Shown one piece after another: positions 21,189-31,135 of a DNA stretch of 64,000 nucleotides; the stretch's first letter is position 1; every line of letters begins with the position of its first letter. The notes beneath the pieces are model-generated. The model had not been told where the DNA came from. It searched no databases and saw only the letters and a list, made by a program, of their open reading frames with translations. A program made the translations under genes and the position numbers. Source of the DNA: Candidatus Sumerlaeota bacterium (lineage in GTDB: Bacteria; Sumerlaeota; Sumerlaeia; SLMS01). The stretch covers positions 32,826-96,825 of the forward strand of contig JADLAR010000007.1 of assembly GCA_020848155.1 (NCBI GenBank), read 5' to 3'.

Positions 21189-22310
21189 ATGAATCCATCG
21201 CTGAAACTGGTTCGCACCACCCTGATCATCGTGTTTGTGATGTGTCTGGGAATGGTGACGTTGGGCGGGTGGGTCCGCCTGAGCGGATCGGGCTTTTCGA
21301 TCCCGCAGTGGCCCCTGTTCACCGTCAGCGAGACGATCCTGCCGAACGGGGAGCTCGTCGAGGAAAAGTCCGTGTTGCCGCCAAGCAACGTGGAGGGCTG
21401 GGAAAGGCTGCGCGATATTTTCGTTCATCACGAGCCGACGCAGGCCGGGATTCACGTTGATGATTTCAAGAAGTTGTTCTGGGTGGAATGGAGCCATCGC
21501 GGGCTGGCCTCGTTGATCGGCCTGGCCTATTTGGTGCTGATGGTCGTGATATTTCGTTCGCCCGAGGCGCGCAAGTCGATCGGGCTGCTTTGCATTGCCG
21601 GTTTGTTGATGTTGTTTTCGCAGGTGTTGATCGGTGGCGTGGTTATTTTTCTGGGAGTCGCGGCCACAGCGGTGGCGTTCCACCTGATCGCGGCGTTCTT
21701 CTTCATCTCGATCGTGCTGTGGATGTTGCTGAAGGTGATGCATCCGCCACTGCCGGAGGAGAAGCGAACGCCGAATTCGATCGTGAAGTGGGCGGTCGTC
21801 ATCTACGCGCTGATCTGCGTCCAGATATTCTCAGGTGGGTTGATGGCGGCCAGCAAGGCGGGCTACCAGATGACGACGTGGCCGCGCATGGGTGATTACT
21901 GGGTGCCGCCGGGGTTGCAACAACGGGGCTTTTCGATTGTGCGGAATTTCACGGAGAACGTGATCATGATCCAGTTTTGGCACCGTTGGTATGCCATGGC
22001 GGTGGCGCTGGCGATCCTGTTGTTCGTGGCGCGCTGCATGACGGTGCGCGTGTCGAGGACGGGGCGATGGGCACTGCGCGCGTTGTTCGCCACGGTGATC
22101 CTTCAGGTGATCCTGGGGATCATCACGCTGCTGACGGGGGTGCATCCGCACATTGCGCTGACGCACCAGATGGTGGGGTTGTTTGTGATGCTGATTTCGC
22201 TGGTCACGATTTATGAGACGAGGAATCACGAGGTTGTGATGGAGATGGCGCTGGCGGAGGAGCAGGAGCGCATGGCCGCGGGCGGAAAGGTGGCCGAGCG
22301 TGCTGCGTAG
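21189..22310 (+). CDS. ctaA: Heme A synthase (CtaA/COX15)
   Basis: It is a polytopic membrane protein. The characteristic N-terminus is ...GGWVRLSGSGFSIPQWPL..., and His residues lie in the paired four-helix halves. Confidence 0.75.
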   Translation: MNPSLKLVRTTLIIVFVMCLGMVTLGGWVRLSGSGFSIPQWPLFTVSETILPNGELVEEKSVLPPSNVEGWERLRDIFVHHEPTQAGIHVDDFKKLFWVEWSHRGLASLIGLAYLVLMVVIFRSPEARKSIGLLCIAGLLMLFSQVLIGGVVIFLGVAATAVAFHLIAAFFFISIVLWMLLKVMHPPLPEEKRTPNSIVKWAVVIYALICVQIFSGGLMAASKAGYQMTTWPRMGDYWVPPGLQQRGFSIVRNFTENVIMIQFWHRWYAMAVALAILLFVARCMTVRVSRTGRWALRALFATVILQVILGIITLLTGVHPHIALTHQMVGLFVMLISLVTIYETRNHEVVMEMALAEEQERMAAGGKVAERAA

Positions 22311-23178
22311 CTACCTGTCACTGACGAAGCCAACGATTTGCCTGCTGGTGCTGATCACCGGCGCGGCGGCCCTGGTGTGGGAGGGTTCCTTCCTGAGGGA
22401 GCCGCTGCATTTCCTGATGGTGATGGTGGGGTTGTTCTCCACGGCGGGATGCGCAAATGCGCTGAACCAGTATCTGGAGCGTGACCGTGACGCGTTGATG
22501 AAGCGCACGGCGAAGCGGCGGCCGCTGCCGACGGGGCAGATCACGCCGCGCAGTGCGCTGGTGTTCGCGATCACGACGGGGGTGCTGGGCGTGGGAATTT
22601 TCGTGGCCTGGTTCAACCTGTTCAGTGCGCTCCTGGCGCTGGCAACGATCCTGTTCTATGCGTTTTTCTACACGTTGTACCTGAAGCCGCGCACGGCACA
22701 GAACATCGTGATTGGCGGGGCGGCGGGGGCGATGGGGCCAGTGATCGCCTGGGCTGCGGCGACGGACCTTTCCGGGATGACGTGGGTGCCGTGGGTGATG
22801 TTTGCGATCATCTTCTTCTGGACGCCGCCGCATTTCTGGGCGCTGGCGCTGTGCCTCCAGGATGACTACAAGGCGAATCCCCTCCCGATGATGCCGAACG
22901 TGGCGGGGGAGCAGAGCACGCTGCGCCAGATGCTTGTCTATACGATTGTGCTGGTTGGGATCAGCCTGTCGCTGGTGTGGGCGGATGCGGGGTTGGTCTA
23001 CATTGTGAGTGCGGTGATCTGCGGTGGGTTGTTCCTGTGGAAGTCGATCGTTTCCATGCAGGTGCGCGAGACGAAGCAGTATTGGGGGTTGTTCGGCTAT
23101 TCGATCGTCTACCTGTTCGCGCTGTTCGGTGCGATGATGGTGGACGTGATGTTGCATTTTCCGGTGCTGAAGGGATGA
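22300..23178 (+). CDS. ctaB: Protoheme IX farnesyltransferase (heme O synthase)
   Basis: It is a UbiA-family prenyltransferase. Its N-terminus reads YLSLTKPTICLLVLITGAAAL. It overlaps the ctaA stop. Confidence 0.85.
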   Translation: MLRSYLSLTKPTICLLVLITGAAALVWEGSFLREPLHFLMVMVGLFSTAGCANALNQYLERDRDALMKRTAKRRPLPTGQITPRSALVFAITTGVLGVGIFVAWFNLFSALLALATILFYAFFYTLYLKPRTAQNIVIGGAAGAMGPVIAWAAATDLSGMTWVPWVMFAIIFFWTPPHFWALALCLQDDYKANPLPMMPNVAGEQSTLRQMLVYTIVLVGISLSLVWADAGLVYIVSAVICGGLFLWKSIVSMQVRETKQYWGLFGYSIVYLFALFGAMMVDVMLHFPVLKG

Positions 23179-23230
23179 GTGGGGTGATGATGGATTCCTG
23201 CCAACCCAGCGCCACGGACCGGCGGGCACG

Positions 23231-23875
23231 TTGCAAGGAGGTGTCCGCGTGAGCGAGTCCACCAAGCAGCCTCCCGCTGTCGTTTCAGAGCGCATGCCCA
23301 CAAAGACGCGCATGAAGATTCGCAAGCAGGTCATCATCCTGTCGATGATCGGTTTGGGGATGTTTGGATTTGCCTATGCGAACGCGGAGTTCTTCGTGCT
23401 GCTGTGCCAGAAGGCGGGGCTGCTGACCAGCAGCCCGAAGCAGGGCGTGATTTCGGAAACGAAGGGTGGGCGACCGATCGAGGTGTTCTTCACGGCGAAT
23501 GTGAATGACAACCTGCCGGTGGTTTTCACGGTGGAGGAAAGCCGGAAGAAAATGCGGCTGGGCGAGCGAACAATGGTGAACTATCGCTTTACCAACCTTT
23601 CGAACGAGACGATTTACTTCCGGCCAACCCATGATGTCTCCCCGTCGGCGGCACAGAAGGACGGTGTTCTGGTGCTGGAGCGATGCTTCTGCTTTGATGA
23701 GCAGAAGATCGAACCGAAGGCGAGCTACACGCTTCCGGTGCTTTTTACCTTCACGGACCAGCTGGATGCGGGCACCGGCACGGTTTTCATGCGCTATTTC
23801 CTCTGGCGCAGCACGAAGGAGCGGTACGATGCTTTCTACGCCGGAAAGAAAACGGCGCCGCAGGTACCGCAATGA
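23231..23875 (+). CDS. ctaG: Cytochrome c oxidase assembly protein CtaG/Cox11 (CuB insertion)
   Basis: It has a single TM helix followed by a Cox11-type soluble domain (...FFVLLCQKAGLL...VFFTANVNDNLPVVF...CFCFDEQ...). The start is probably an internal Met (MPTKTRMK...). Confidence 0.7.
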   Translation: MQGGVRVSESTKQPPAVVSERMPTKTRMKIRKQVIILSMIGLGMFGFAYANAEFFVLLCQKAGLLTSSPKQGVISETKGGRPIEVFFTANVNDNLPVVFTVEESRKKMRLGERTMVNYRFTNLSNETIYFRPTHDVSPSAAQKDGVLVLERCFCFDEQKIEPKASYTLPVLFTFTDQLDAGTGTVFMRYFLWRSTKERYDAFYAGKKTAPQVPQ

Positions 23876-24075
23876 AACAGGCAGAGGAACTGAGCATCGA
23901 GCAGGTTTCGCCGGAGGACGAGGAGAAGCTTCTGGCGGAGCAGCAGCGGCAGAACAAGATTTTCGCGCTGGTGTTGGTGGGGCTTGTGTTGTTTTTCTTC
24001 GTCATGACGTTCTTCATCGTGACAAAGCTTGGCATTATTCCAATGGAAGACCAGGATATTTTCCGGAGCACATGA
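23872..24075 (+). CDS. Small single-TM membrane protein (67 aa) translationally coupled to ctaG, a possible small oxidase subunit
   Basis: Its ATG overlaps the ctaG TGA (ATGA). It has an acidic N-terminus and one hydrophobic helix (IFALVLVGLVLFFFVMTFFIV). It sits immediately before coxC. Confidence 0.5.
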   Translation: MKQAEELSIEQVSPEDEEKLLAEQQRQNKIFALVLVGLVLFFFVMTFFIVTKLGIIPMEDQDIFRST

Positions 24076-24078
24076 CCG

Positions 24079-24921
24079 ATGTCTGACGTGGCAATCACCA
24101 CTCCCGATGCAGCGCATGCCCACAGCCACGAGCATGCGGAGCACATTCACCTTCCTGATCCGAGCCTGTGGCCATTTTTGGTGGCCATGAGCGCGGGAAT
24201 TATCCCGGTGGGGATTCTGCTGCTGATCGCGGAAAAGTCGATGGGCGGGGCGGTTCTGGGCATCGGGATCGTGTTTGTGATCATTTCGGCGCTTGGCTGG
24301 TGCACGTCGGTGATCCGCGAGAAGCCGACGTTGGACAGCGCGTGGGCAAACCGCACGTTGTCCATGGGGTGGAAGTTGTTCCTTGTTTCGGAAGGGGCGA
24401 TCTTCGGAGCCTTCTTCGGGCATCTCTTCTATATCATGTACCATTGGCACAAGGGGGCGGCGTGGCCGCCGGCAGGAACCCCGCCGATTTCGCTGATCAT
24501 TCCGGCGATTGGAACGGGCCTTCTGGTGACAAGCTCTGTGACTTGCGAAATGGCGCACAAGTTCCTGCTGCTGGGACGACGGGGGGCCTGCAAGAGCATG
24601 ATGGTCCTGACAATGGCCCTTGGCCTGATCTTCCTGACGCTGCAGGCCTTGGAATGGGGTGTCTTGGGTGGTCTTAACTTCGCCCCGCATACGAACATCA
24701 TTGGAACGTTGTTCTACCTAATCACCGGGTTCCACGGTTTTCACGTGCTGACGGGCATGATGTTCCTGTTCCTGGTTTATGCGAGATTGGAGTTCGGCAG
24801 TTTCGATCGTTCGCGTCACTTTTCGATGAATGCGGCCTCGTGGTACTGGCACTTCGTGGACGTGATCTGGCTGCTGGTGTTCTTTACGTTGTACGTCGGC
24901 ATCCAGCCGGCGGCGCACTGA
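24079..24921 (+). CDS. ctaE: Cytochrome c oxidase subunit III
   Basis: It is a seven-TM protein carrying the subunit III signature ...FYLITGFHGFHVLTGMMFL...WYWHFVDVIWLLVF. Confidence 0.85.
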   Translation: MSDVAITTPDAAHAHSHEHAEHIHLPDPSLWPFLVAMSAGIIPVGILLLIAEKSMGGAVLGIGIVFVIISALGWCTSVIREKPTLDSAWANRTLSMGWKLFLVSEGAIFGAFFGHLFYIMYHWHKGAAWPPAGTPPISLIIPAIGTGLLVTSSVTCEMAHKFLLLGRRGACKSMMVLTMALGLIFLTLQALEWGVLGGLNFAPHTNIIGTLFYLITGFHGFHVLTGMMFLFLVYARLEFGSFDRSRHFSMNAASWYWHFVDVIWLLVFFTLYVGIQPAAH

Positions 24922-24959
24922 TTTGAAGTTTTCATTTTTTTCGCAAAGGATGGAGTCCC

Positions 24960-25172
24960 ATGTTTCAACCTGATGTCAAAGTCGGCGCGGTCGTTCGCCA
25001 TAAGAAGTTCGGAGTGGGCAAGGTCAGCGTTCGCTACGGCGAGGATGAACTGAGCAAAGTGATCGTGAAGTTTCAGGAGGAAGGCGAAAAGAAGCTGGCG
25101 CTGAAGCAGGCAAAGCTGGATGTGGACCTGCCGGAGCCGGAGCCGGTGCCAGCCGCGCCTGCGGAAGGCTGA
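24960..25172 (+). CDS. Small hypothetical protein (70 aa) with a KOW-like N-terminus and an acidic, Pro-rich tail
   Basis: The ORF is well spaced and sits immediately upstream of gatC. No confident family assignment was made. Confidence 0.4.
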   Translation: MFQPDVKVGAVVRHKKFGVGKVSVRYGEDELSKVIVKFQEEGEKKLALKQAKLDVDLPEPEPVPAAPAEG

Positions 25173-25175
25173 TCG

Positions 25176-25460
25176 ATGGCGATCACGATTGCAGACGTGG
25201 AGCACGTTGCGCTGCTGTCCCGCTTGGAGCTTTCGGTGGGGGAGAAGGAGCGTTACGCGCAGGAGTTGTCGGACATCTTCGGCCACGTTGAGGAGTTGAA
25301 CAAGGTGGACGTGACTGGCGTTCCGCCAACGGCACATCCGCTTCCCTTGAAGAATGTGTTCCGGGAGGATGTGATACAGCCCAGTCTGCCCAATGCGGAA
25401 GCGCTGGCCAATGCGCCGGCGAAGGAAGGGCCGCTGTTCAAGGTTCCGCAGATCGTTTAA
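25176..25460 (+). CDS. gatC: Asp-tRNA(Asn)/Glu-tRNA(Gln) amidotransferase subunit C
   Basis: It is 94 aa. The typical GatC sequence reads MAITIADVEHVALLSRLELSVGEKERYAQELSDIFGHVEELNKVD... Confidence 0.85.
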   Translation: MAITIADVEHVALLSRLELSVGEKERYAQELSDIFGHVEELNKVDVTGVPPTAHPLPLKNVFREDVIQPSLPNAEALANAPAKEGPLFKVPQIV

Positions 25461-25555
25461 GTGCGGGCGAGGCATTTGGAGGTGGAGGCGGGGGAACAAG
25501 ATCAGGCCCCTGCGAGCCTCCCGACTACCCGCCCGGGGTTTTCAGTTTTTCTCCT

Positions 25556-27067
25556 TTGTTTGATCCCCAACCACTGACCATTTATCCTTCGTCCATCATG
25601 CATCTTCCCACTGCCCACGAACTTTCCGAACAGTTGAACCGCGGCGAAACGACGTCGGTGAAGCTGACGCAGCAGTACCTCGAAAAAATCGAGCGTACGG
25701 AGCCGAGGTTGCATTCGTTCATCACGGTGCTGGGGCATGAGGCGCTGGCGGCGGCGGAGGCGTCTGATCGCCGGCGTGCGTATGAGTTGCCGAAGTCGCC
25801 GTTCGACGGCGTGCCGGTGGCGGTGAAGGACAACATGATCACGAAGGGAACGAAGACGACCTGCGCGAGCAGGATCCTCGACAATTTCGTTCCGCCGTAC
25901 AATGGCACGGTCGTGCAGAAGTTGCAGGACGCGGGGATGATCGTGATTGGGAAGGCGAACCTGGACGAGTTCGCCATGGGAAGCTCGACGGAAAATTCCG
26001 CGTTTGGCCGTTCGAACAATCCGTGGAATACGGACCTTGTTCCCGGCGGCAGCAGCGGCGGTTCGGCAACATGCGTGGCAGGGGGGCAGGTGCCGTGGTC
26101 GCTTGGTTCCGACACGGGTGGATCGATCCGCCAGCCGGCGGCGCTGTGTGGCATCGTGGGAATGAAGCCGACGTATGGCCGCGTGTCGCGCTACGGGCTG
26201 GTGGCGTTCGCAAGTTCGCTGGACCAGATCGGGCCGATGACGCTGGACGTGGAGGACACGGCGCACCTGCTGAAGATGATTTCCGGCTATGACACGAAGG
26301 ATTCAACGAGTGCAAACCTGCCAGTGCCGGACTACGCGGAGGAGATGAGGAAGGGGTCGCTGCGCGGCAAGAAGGTGGCGAGGCCGAAGGAATTCTTCAC
26401 AGGCGAGGGAATGGACGCGGGCGTGGCGAGGGTTGTTGATGCGGCGGTGGAGAAGCTCGCAAGCCTTGGCGCGGAAATTGTCGACGTGTCGATGCCACAC
26501 CTGAAGTATTCGATCTCGTGCTACTACCTTGTGGCGACGGCGGAATGTTCCAGCAACCTGGCGCGTTATGACGGCGCGCAGTACGGCTATCGCACAGAAG
26601 GCGCGAAGAACATCGTGGAAATGTTCAGCAAGTCGCGCGCGGAGGGTTTCGGCGCGGAGGTGAAGCGTCGCATCATGATGGGCACGCATGCGCTGTCGGC
26701 GGGTTACTACGATGCGTATTACTCGAAGGCACTGAAGATTCGCACGCTGCTGAAGCAGGATTATGATGCGGCGTTGAAGCAGGCGGACCTGATCGTTGCG
26801 CCCACCAGCCCCATCCCCGCGTTCCCCGCAGGGGCGAAGGCCGATCCGATGTCGATGTACCTGTGCGATATTTTCACGTTGTCGCTGAACCTTGCGGGCT
26901 ATTGCGGCATCAGCCTCCCGGCGGGCTTCACGGCGAACGAAGGACTTCCTGTCGGCGTTCAGCTTTTCGCGGGTGCATTCGAGGAAGTGAAACTGCTACA
27001 GGCGTCGTACGAGTTTGAGAAGGCTCTGGGCGTCGTTGGCAGCAGGCTACCGGCGGTGGTCGGCTGA
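25556..27067 (+). CDS. gatA: Asp-tRNA(Asn)/Glu-tRNA(Gln) amidotransferase subunit A (amidase signature family)
   Basis: The amidase signature ...GGSSGGSATCVAGGQVPWSLGSDTGGSIRQPAALCG... is present together with GKANLDEFAMGSSTENSAFG. The start is probably the Met at 25598 (MHLPTAHELSEQL). Confidence 0.9.
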   Translation: MFDPQPLTIYPSSIMHLPTAHELSEQLNRGETTSVKLTQQYLEKIERTEPRLHSFITVLGHEALAAAEASDRRRAYELPKSPFDGVPVAVKDNMITKGTKTTCASRILDNFVPPYNGTVVQKLQDAGMIVIGKANLDEFAMGSSTENSAFGRSNNPWNTDLVPGGSSGGSATCVAGGQVPWSLGSDTGGSIRQPAALCGIVGMKPTYGRVSRYGLVAFASSLDQIGPMTLDVEDTAHLLKMISGYDTKDSTSANLPVPDYAEEMRKGSLRGKKVARPKEFFTGEGMDAGVARVVDAAVEKLASLGAEIVDVSMPHLKYSISCYYLVATAECSSNLARYDGAQYGYRTEGAKNIVEMFSKSRAEGFGAEVKRRIMMGTHALSAGYYDAYYSKALKIRTLLKQDYDAALKQADLIVAPTSPIPAFPAGAKADPMSMYLCDIFTLSLNLAGYCGISLPAGFTANEGLPVGVQLFAGAFEEVKLLQASYEFEKALGVVGSRLPAVVG

Positions 27068-29203
27068 GGGGCCGTAGAGTTCGATCCCGTATTTGTGGTC
27101 CATGGTCCTGACAAAGCCGGGAAGACGGGTTTTGTCGGGAAGCTGCCTGTTCCAAAGAGCCGTTTGCAGAAGATATGATGGTGCGTAGATGACAGGCGCT
27201 GATGAGTCCGTCGTGTACCCTGAAATCTTCTGGAATGGCTTGGAATCGAGGGACCCCCAGACCGAAATCGTGGGCGTGTTTTCAGAGAATGATTTCGTAT
27301 TCAATCGCGGCGTCTTTTTTGGTGGGGCGTTGCGTGCCGTCAGCGTGATCGCCGTCGCTGCATCCGCCAGAACCAGGGGCTGATCGAGCAAGAGTTTCTG
27401 CGGGCCCATGAAGGGGCGCGTGAGATTAGCTCCGCGAATTGTTCCCAGTGCGACGGATGCCCCGCCCTCAGCCAGTTGGATGTCCAAGTCCGCAGCCCGT
27501 GGCCAACCGGCCGGGTCTGCATTTACGAAGAGGTGCGTGATTGTTGCGCCGGCGGGGATCGCCAGTGGGATGGTGACGGACTTGTCGATCCGGGTGGCGC
27601 TGGTGGTGGCTGTCGCCAGTTCACTTACAAACAGTCCGAGCGCTGCGCGCGGGGGGAGGAATGAGGGAAAGTTGTCGTCCTGATTCCAGATGAGGAGGCG
27701 CTCGCTTGCTTCCAATCTTGTGAGACCACCGGCTGGATATGGACGCAGTGTGACTGCGGGTGCGATTTCGAGAATGGAAAGAAGCCGGTTGAAATGCTCC
27801 GCCACGAAGTCTGTATAGACGACAATCTTCGCGTTGGGGTTTTCCTTCCTTAGCTTCTCCGCATAAACAGCCGTCTGCCAGATGGTGCGTTCGTAGTTCG
27901 CGTAGCTGCGCAGGTTTTCACGGGTGTAAAGTAATTGCATCGTCCCGTGGAGAAGCAACGTTGCGGCTACAGCGAGGGCTGAAAATAACGACAGGCGATT
28001 CGGGGTTCGCGCGGTCGCTTCAGCAATTGCCGAATACATTGGAATGAATCCAGTGAGCAAAATCAACATGGCAAAGGACAATGTGAACGGAATCGCTGGC
28101 ATGCCCAGGTACATCGGGAGGGTTGCAACAACGAAAAGGAAAGCCATCAGGAGAATGCCAAAACCTTGCAATGCGCTTGTAAACTTGGACCAAGCCACGT
28201 CTGAGAAAAAAACACCCACGAGCGGGCACAGCCACGGCGTGAAGATGATGGCATAGCGCGTGAAGATGAGCGGCCACAGGCATTGGATCGCGAAGCCGCT
28301 GGCAAAGAGCATGAGGGGAAGGATGTATCCACGATGGCCACGGAAGGCGCGGATGCCTGTATAGACAAGCGCGAGGATCCAAAGGGGGCCGAGCGCTTCC
28401 ATGCAGACCGACGCGTACCGGCCTGCGATTTCCAGGACAGCGCCCGGCGTTCGCGGCAGCGGGAGGTTCTCGTAGCCGAAGACGGGATTGCCTTCCCACA
28501 CGCGAAAGAACAGCAACCCCGGAAGCGATTCCATGAAGACGAGAAACGCATCGATCCATTTACGATGGAGCAGGAACCAAAGCATCAGCGATGCGGTGAA
28601 GTGCACGGCGGTGGCCTTCGTGAGCGCGCACCACGCGACGCACAGCGCCAGCAGGACGCGCTGCCTTGACGATGAGCTTGGCGTCATGCGAAGCGCGAGC
28701 ACGGCGGCCCACAGCGCCGCTGGAGTCATGATGGAATCGGTTGTAAGCAGCCGGGCGAAGTTGATGAAATGTGTTTGAAAGTCGGGGTGGAAGCTCGATG
28801 CGCTGAAGAAGGTGAAGGAGAGAATGGCAACGACTTGTGCGGCAGTGGTGCCTTTCAATTCGCGCACAAATTCGCGCATTCCCCAAATTGTGAGGAAAAA
28901 GGTGAGGATCTTCACGAAGTGCCAGGAGGCGGACCACTTGCCGAAGACGATCCACTGGACATGGACGTAGATTCGAACGGCCGGTCCGAGGTTGTTTTCC
29001 TCCCACCGCATCAGCGAGTCGATGGCCTGCATGTAGTCGCCCGTTGCGAAGTGTTGCAGCGTCTCGCGCGCCTGAATCAGGAAATAGGGAGTGTCATCGA
29101 AGAACGACCAGGGCAGCGCGAGCGTCCATCCGTACACGGCAAATGAAAATGCGAGCAGCAGCAGTGGCCAAAGCCACGGCCTTGCCGCGCGCGATTCACT
29201 CAT
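27047..29203 (-). CDS. Polytopic membrane glycosyltransferase-like protein (GT39/ArnT/PMT-type, or YfhO/DUF2723-like) with a C-terminal extracytoplasmic domain
   Basis: About 430 aa of multiple TM helices are followed by a roughly 290-aa soluble domain. It is co-oriented and overlaps (8 nt) with the upstream epimerase gene in a polysaccharide-type operon. The family assignment rests on architecture only. Confidence 0.45.
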   Translation of the reverse strand: MSESRAARPWLWPLLLLAFSFAVYGWTLALPWSFFDDTPYFLIQARETLQHFATGDYMQAIDSLMRWEENNLGPAVRIYVHVQWIVFGKWSASWHFVKILTFFLTIWGMREFVRELKGTTAAQVVAILSFTFFSASSFHPDFQTHFINFARLLTTDSIMTPAALWAAVLALRMTPSSSSRQRVLLALCVAWCALTKATAVHFTASLMLWFLLHRKWIDAFLVFMESLPGLLFFRVWEGNPVFGYENLPLPRTPGAVLEIAGRYASVCMEALGPLWILALVYTGIRAFRGHRGYILPLMLFASGFAIQCLWPLIFTRYAIIFTPWLCPLVGVFFSDVAWSKFTSALQGFGILLMAFLFVVATLPMYLGMPAIPFTLSFAMLILLTGFIPMYSAIAEATARTPNRLSLFSALAVAATLLLHGTMQLLYTRENLRSYANYERTIWQTAVYAEKLRKENPNAKIVVYTDFVAEHFNRLLSILEIAPAVTLRPYPAGGLTRLEASERLLIWNQDDNFPSFLPPRAALGLFVSELATATTSATRIDKSVTIPLAIPAGATITHLFVNADPAGWPRAADLDIQLAEGGASVALGTIRGANLTRPFMGPQKLLLDQPLVLADAATAITLTARNAPPKKTPRLNTKSFSENTPTISVWGSLDSKPFQKISGYTTDSSAPVIYAPSYLLQTALWNRQLPDKTRLPGFVRTMDHKYGIELYGPSADHRR

Positions 29204-30251
29204 TGCTTTGCCGTTTTTGTTCGGCGGCGACCATCTCTTCCAGGATGGAATCGATGCCGCGCTTGATGCTCCAGTTCGGGTAGTCGCGTTGGAATTTCTT
29301 CAGGCAGGAAATGTAGCAGATGTGATCGCCAATGCGATGCTGGACGCGATATTCGTGATGCACCTTGCGGTGAAGGATCTTTTCGAGCTTTGCAATCGCT
29401 TCAAGGATGGAGATGCTGTTCGCGCGTCCGCCGCCGAGGTTGTAGACCTCGCCGGGGCGTGGAGCTTCGCGAAACGCCTCGAAGGCGGCGATGACATCGC
29501 TGCTGTGGATGTTGTCGCGCACCTGCTTTCCACCGTAGCCGAAGATTGTATAGTGGCCGCCGGCAACGGCGACGCGCACGAGGTAGTTGAGAAAGCCGTG
29601 CAACTGCACGCCGGAGTGGGCGGGGCCGGTGAGGCAGCCACCGCGAAACACGCCGACCTTCATGCCGAAGTAGCGGCCGTACTCCTGGGCAACGATGTCC
29701 GCGGAGGTTTTCGAGGCGCCCATCAGTGAGTGGGTGCTGCGGTCGATGCGTAGTGTCTCATCGATGCCGTCGTGGTCCTTCGCGTCGGCGTAGTCCCAGC
29801 GTGTGGGGTGCTCCACCAGCGGCAGTTCGTTCGGCGCGTCGCCGTACACCTTGTTGGTGCTCATGTGGAGGAACACGGCGCCGGGGGAATGGAGGCGGGT
29901 CGCCTCCAGCAGGTGCATGGTGCCGAGCGCGTTGACTTCAAAATCGAGGACGGGGATGTCGCGGGCCTTGTCGTGCGATGGTTGCGCGGCGCAATGGATG
30001 ATCACTTCGGGCTTGTGCCGGGCGAAGAAGGCGAAGACGGCGTCCTTGTCGCGGATGTCGATGCCGTGGTGGTCGAAGTTTCTTGTGCCGGCCTTGAGGC
30101 GTTGCAGGTTCCATGACGTGTCGCCCTTTGGCCCGAAAAATTCGGCGCGCATGTTGTTGTCCATGCCGAAGACTTCGTGGCCGTGTGAGTCGTAGTGAAG
30201 GACGGCTTCGCTGCCGATGAGGCCGCTGCTGCCGGTGACGAGAACCCGCAT
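29196..30251 (-). CDS. NAD-dependent sugar-nucleotide epimerase/dehydratase (extended SDR)
   Basis: The start is at MRVLVTGSSGLIGSEAV (GxxGxxG Rossmann motif). The catalytic YxxxK-type region is MSTNKVYGD...SLMGASKTSAD. It resembles CDP-paratose-2-epimerase/UDP-glucose-4-epimerase-type enzymes. The ORF-track upstream extension (to 30593) is Arg/Pro-rich and is rejected. Confidence 0.75.
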   Translation of the reverse strand: MRVLVTGSSGLIGSEAVLHYDSHGHEVFGMDNNMRAEFFGPKGDTSWNLQRLKAGTRNFDHHGIDIRDKDAVFAFFARHKPEVIIHCAAQPSHDKARDIPVLDFEVNALGTMHLLEATRLHSPGAVFLHMSTNKVYGDAPNELPLVEHPTRWDYADAKDHDGIDETLRIDRSTHSLMGASKTSADIVAQEYGRYFGMKVGVFRGGCLTGPAHSGVQLHGFLNYLVRVAVAGGHYTIFGYGGKQVRDNIHSSDVIAAFEAFREAPRPGEVYNLGGGRANSISILEAIAKLEKILHRKVHHEYRVQHRIGDHICYISCLKKFQRDYPNWSIKRGIDSILEEMVAAEQKRQSNE

Positions 30252-30259
30252 GAAATCTC

Positions 30260-31102
30260 CTACAAGATGTCGACCAGTTTTTGTTCGCGCGCGGCGAAGA
30301 ACCTGATTCCCGCAACGAGCAGCAGGAGCGAAACAACGAATGAGCGCGCGAGCAAGGAGAAGTCCAGCGGTTGGGCGAGCAGGATGGCGCGGTATGACTC
30401 TATGACGCCGGCCATTGGATTCAGGGTCATGAGGAAGTGAAGGGCGGGGTGGATGCCCTTCCAGTTGGCGAGCGGAACGAGCACCGTGACGAACATGCCC
30501 GTTTGCAGGAGGAAGGGCACGGCGTACTTGATGTCGCGGTATTGGGCGTTGAGGGCGGCGAAGAAGAGTCCGAGGCCCCAGCCCGCCATGCACTGGATGA
30601 GGAGGAGGGGGGGCATCACGAGGATCAGGAGGGGCGAGAATTGCCCAGCGATGAATGCGGCAATGAGGAAGACAACAAAGGTGATGGCGAAATCAATGAC
30701 GGAGCCAAAAATGTACGCTCCGGGAATCACCAGGCGGGGGAAGTACACCTTGCTGATGAGGTTCGCGTTCATCTCCATGGAGTTGGAGGCCATCTGCACG
30801 CCGTTCTGGAAGGGCGTCCAGGGCACCAGCGCGGCAAGGTAGAAGACGACGCCCTCCAATCCGTGAAAGCGTCCTGACAACATCCCGAAAACGACGGCGA
30901 AAATGACGCCGGTGAGAAGGGGCTGCATGACGACCCAGGCGACCCCGAAGAAAGTCTGCTTGTAGCGCACCATCAGGTCGCGCTTCACGAAGGCGTAAAA
31001 CAATTCGCGATACTGCACGACGTCGCGAAGCGTCTGCATGAACCGCACGGACGCGCGGGAGGAAATGATGGTTTCGGGCAGGTGCGCGCCGTGGTCAGAC
31101 AT
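30260..31102 (-). CDS. ABC-2 type polysaccharide/O-antigen export permease (Wzm/KpsM/TagG-like); no ATPase partner is adjacent
   Basis: It is a six-TM protein with an ABC-2 signature (...VKRDLMVRYKQTFFGVAWVVMQPLLTGVIFAVVFG...). Confidence 0.75.
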   Translation of the reverse strand: MSDHGAHLPETIISSRASVRFMQTLRDVVQYRELFYAFVKRDLMVRYKQTFFGVAWVVMQPLLTGVIFAVVFGMLSGRFHGLEGVVFYLAALVPWTPFQNGVQMASNSMEMNANLISKVYFPRLVIPGAYIFGSVIDFAITFVVFLIAAFIAGQFSPLLILVMPPLLLIQCMAGWGLGLFFAALNAQYRDIKYAVPFLLQTGMFVTVLVPLANWKGIHPALHFLMTLNPMAGVIESYRAILLAQPLDFSLLARSFVVSLLLLVAGIRFFAAREQKLVDIL

Positions 31103-31135
31103 GCGGAAGATTGATGGGGTGAAAGTAGCCGGGTA

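Noticed and set aside
30252-30593. A 114-aa Arg/Pro-rich N-terminal extension of the epimerase ORF.
   Set aside because: The Rossmann motif begins immediately at MRVLVTGSSGLIGS (start at 30251). The extension overlaps the upstream wzm gene and has antisense-like composition.
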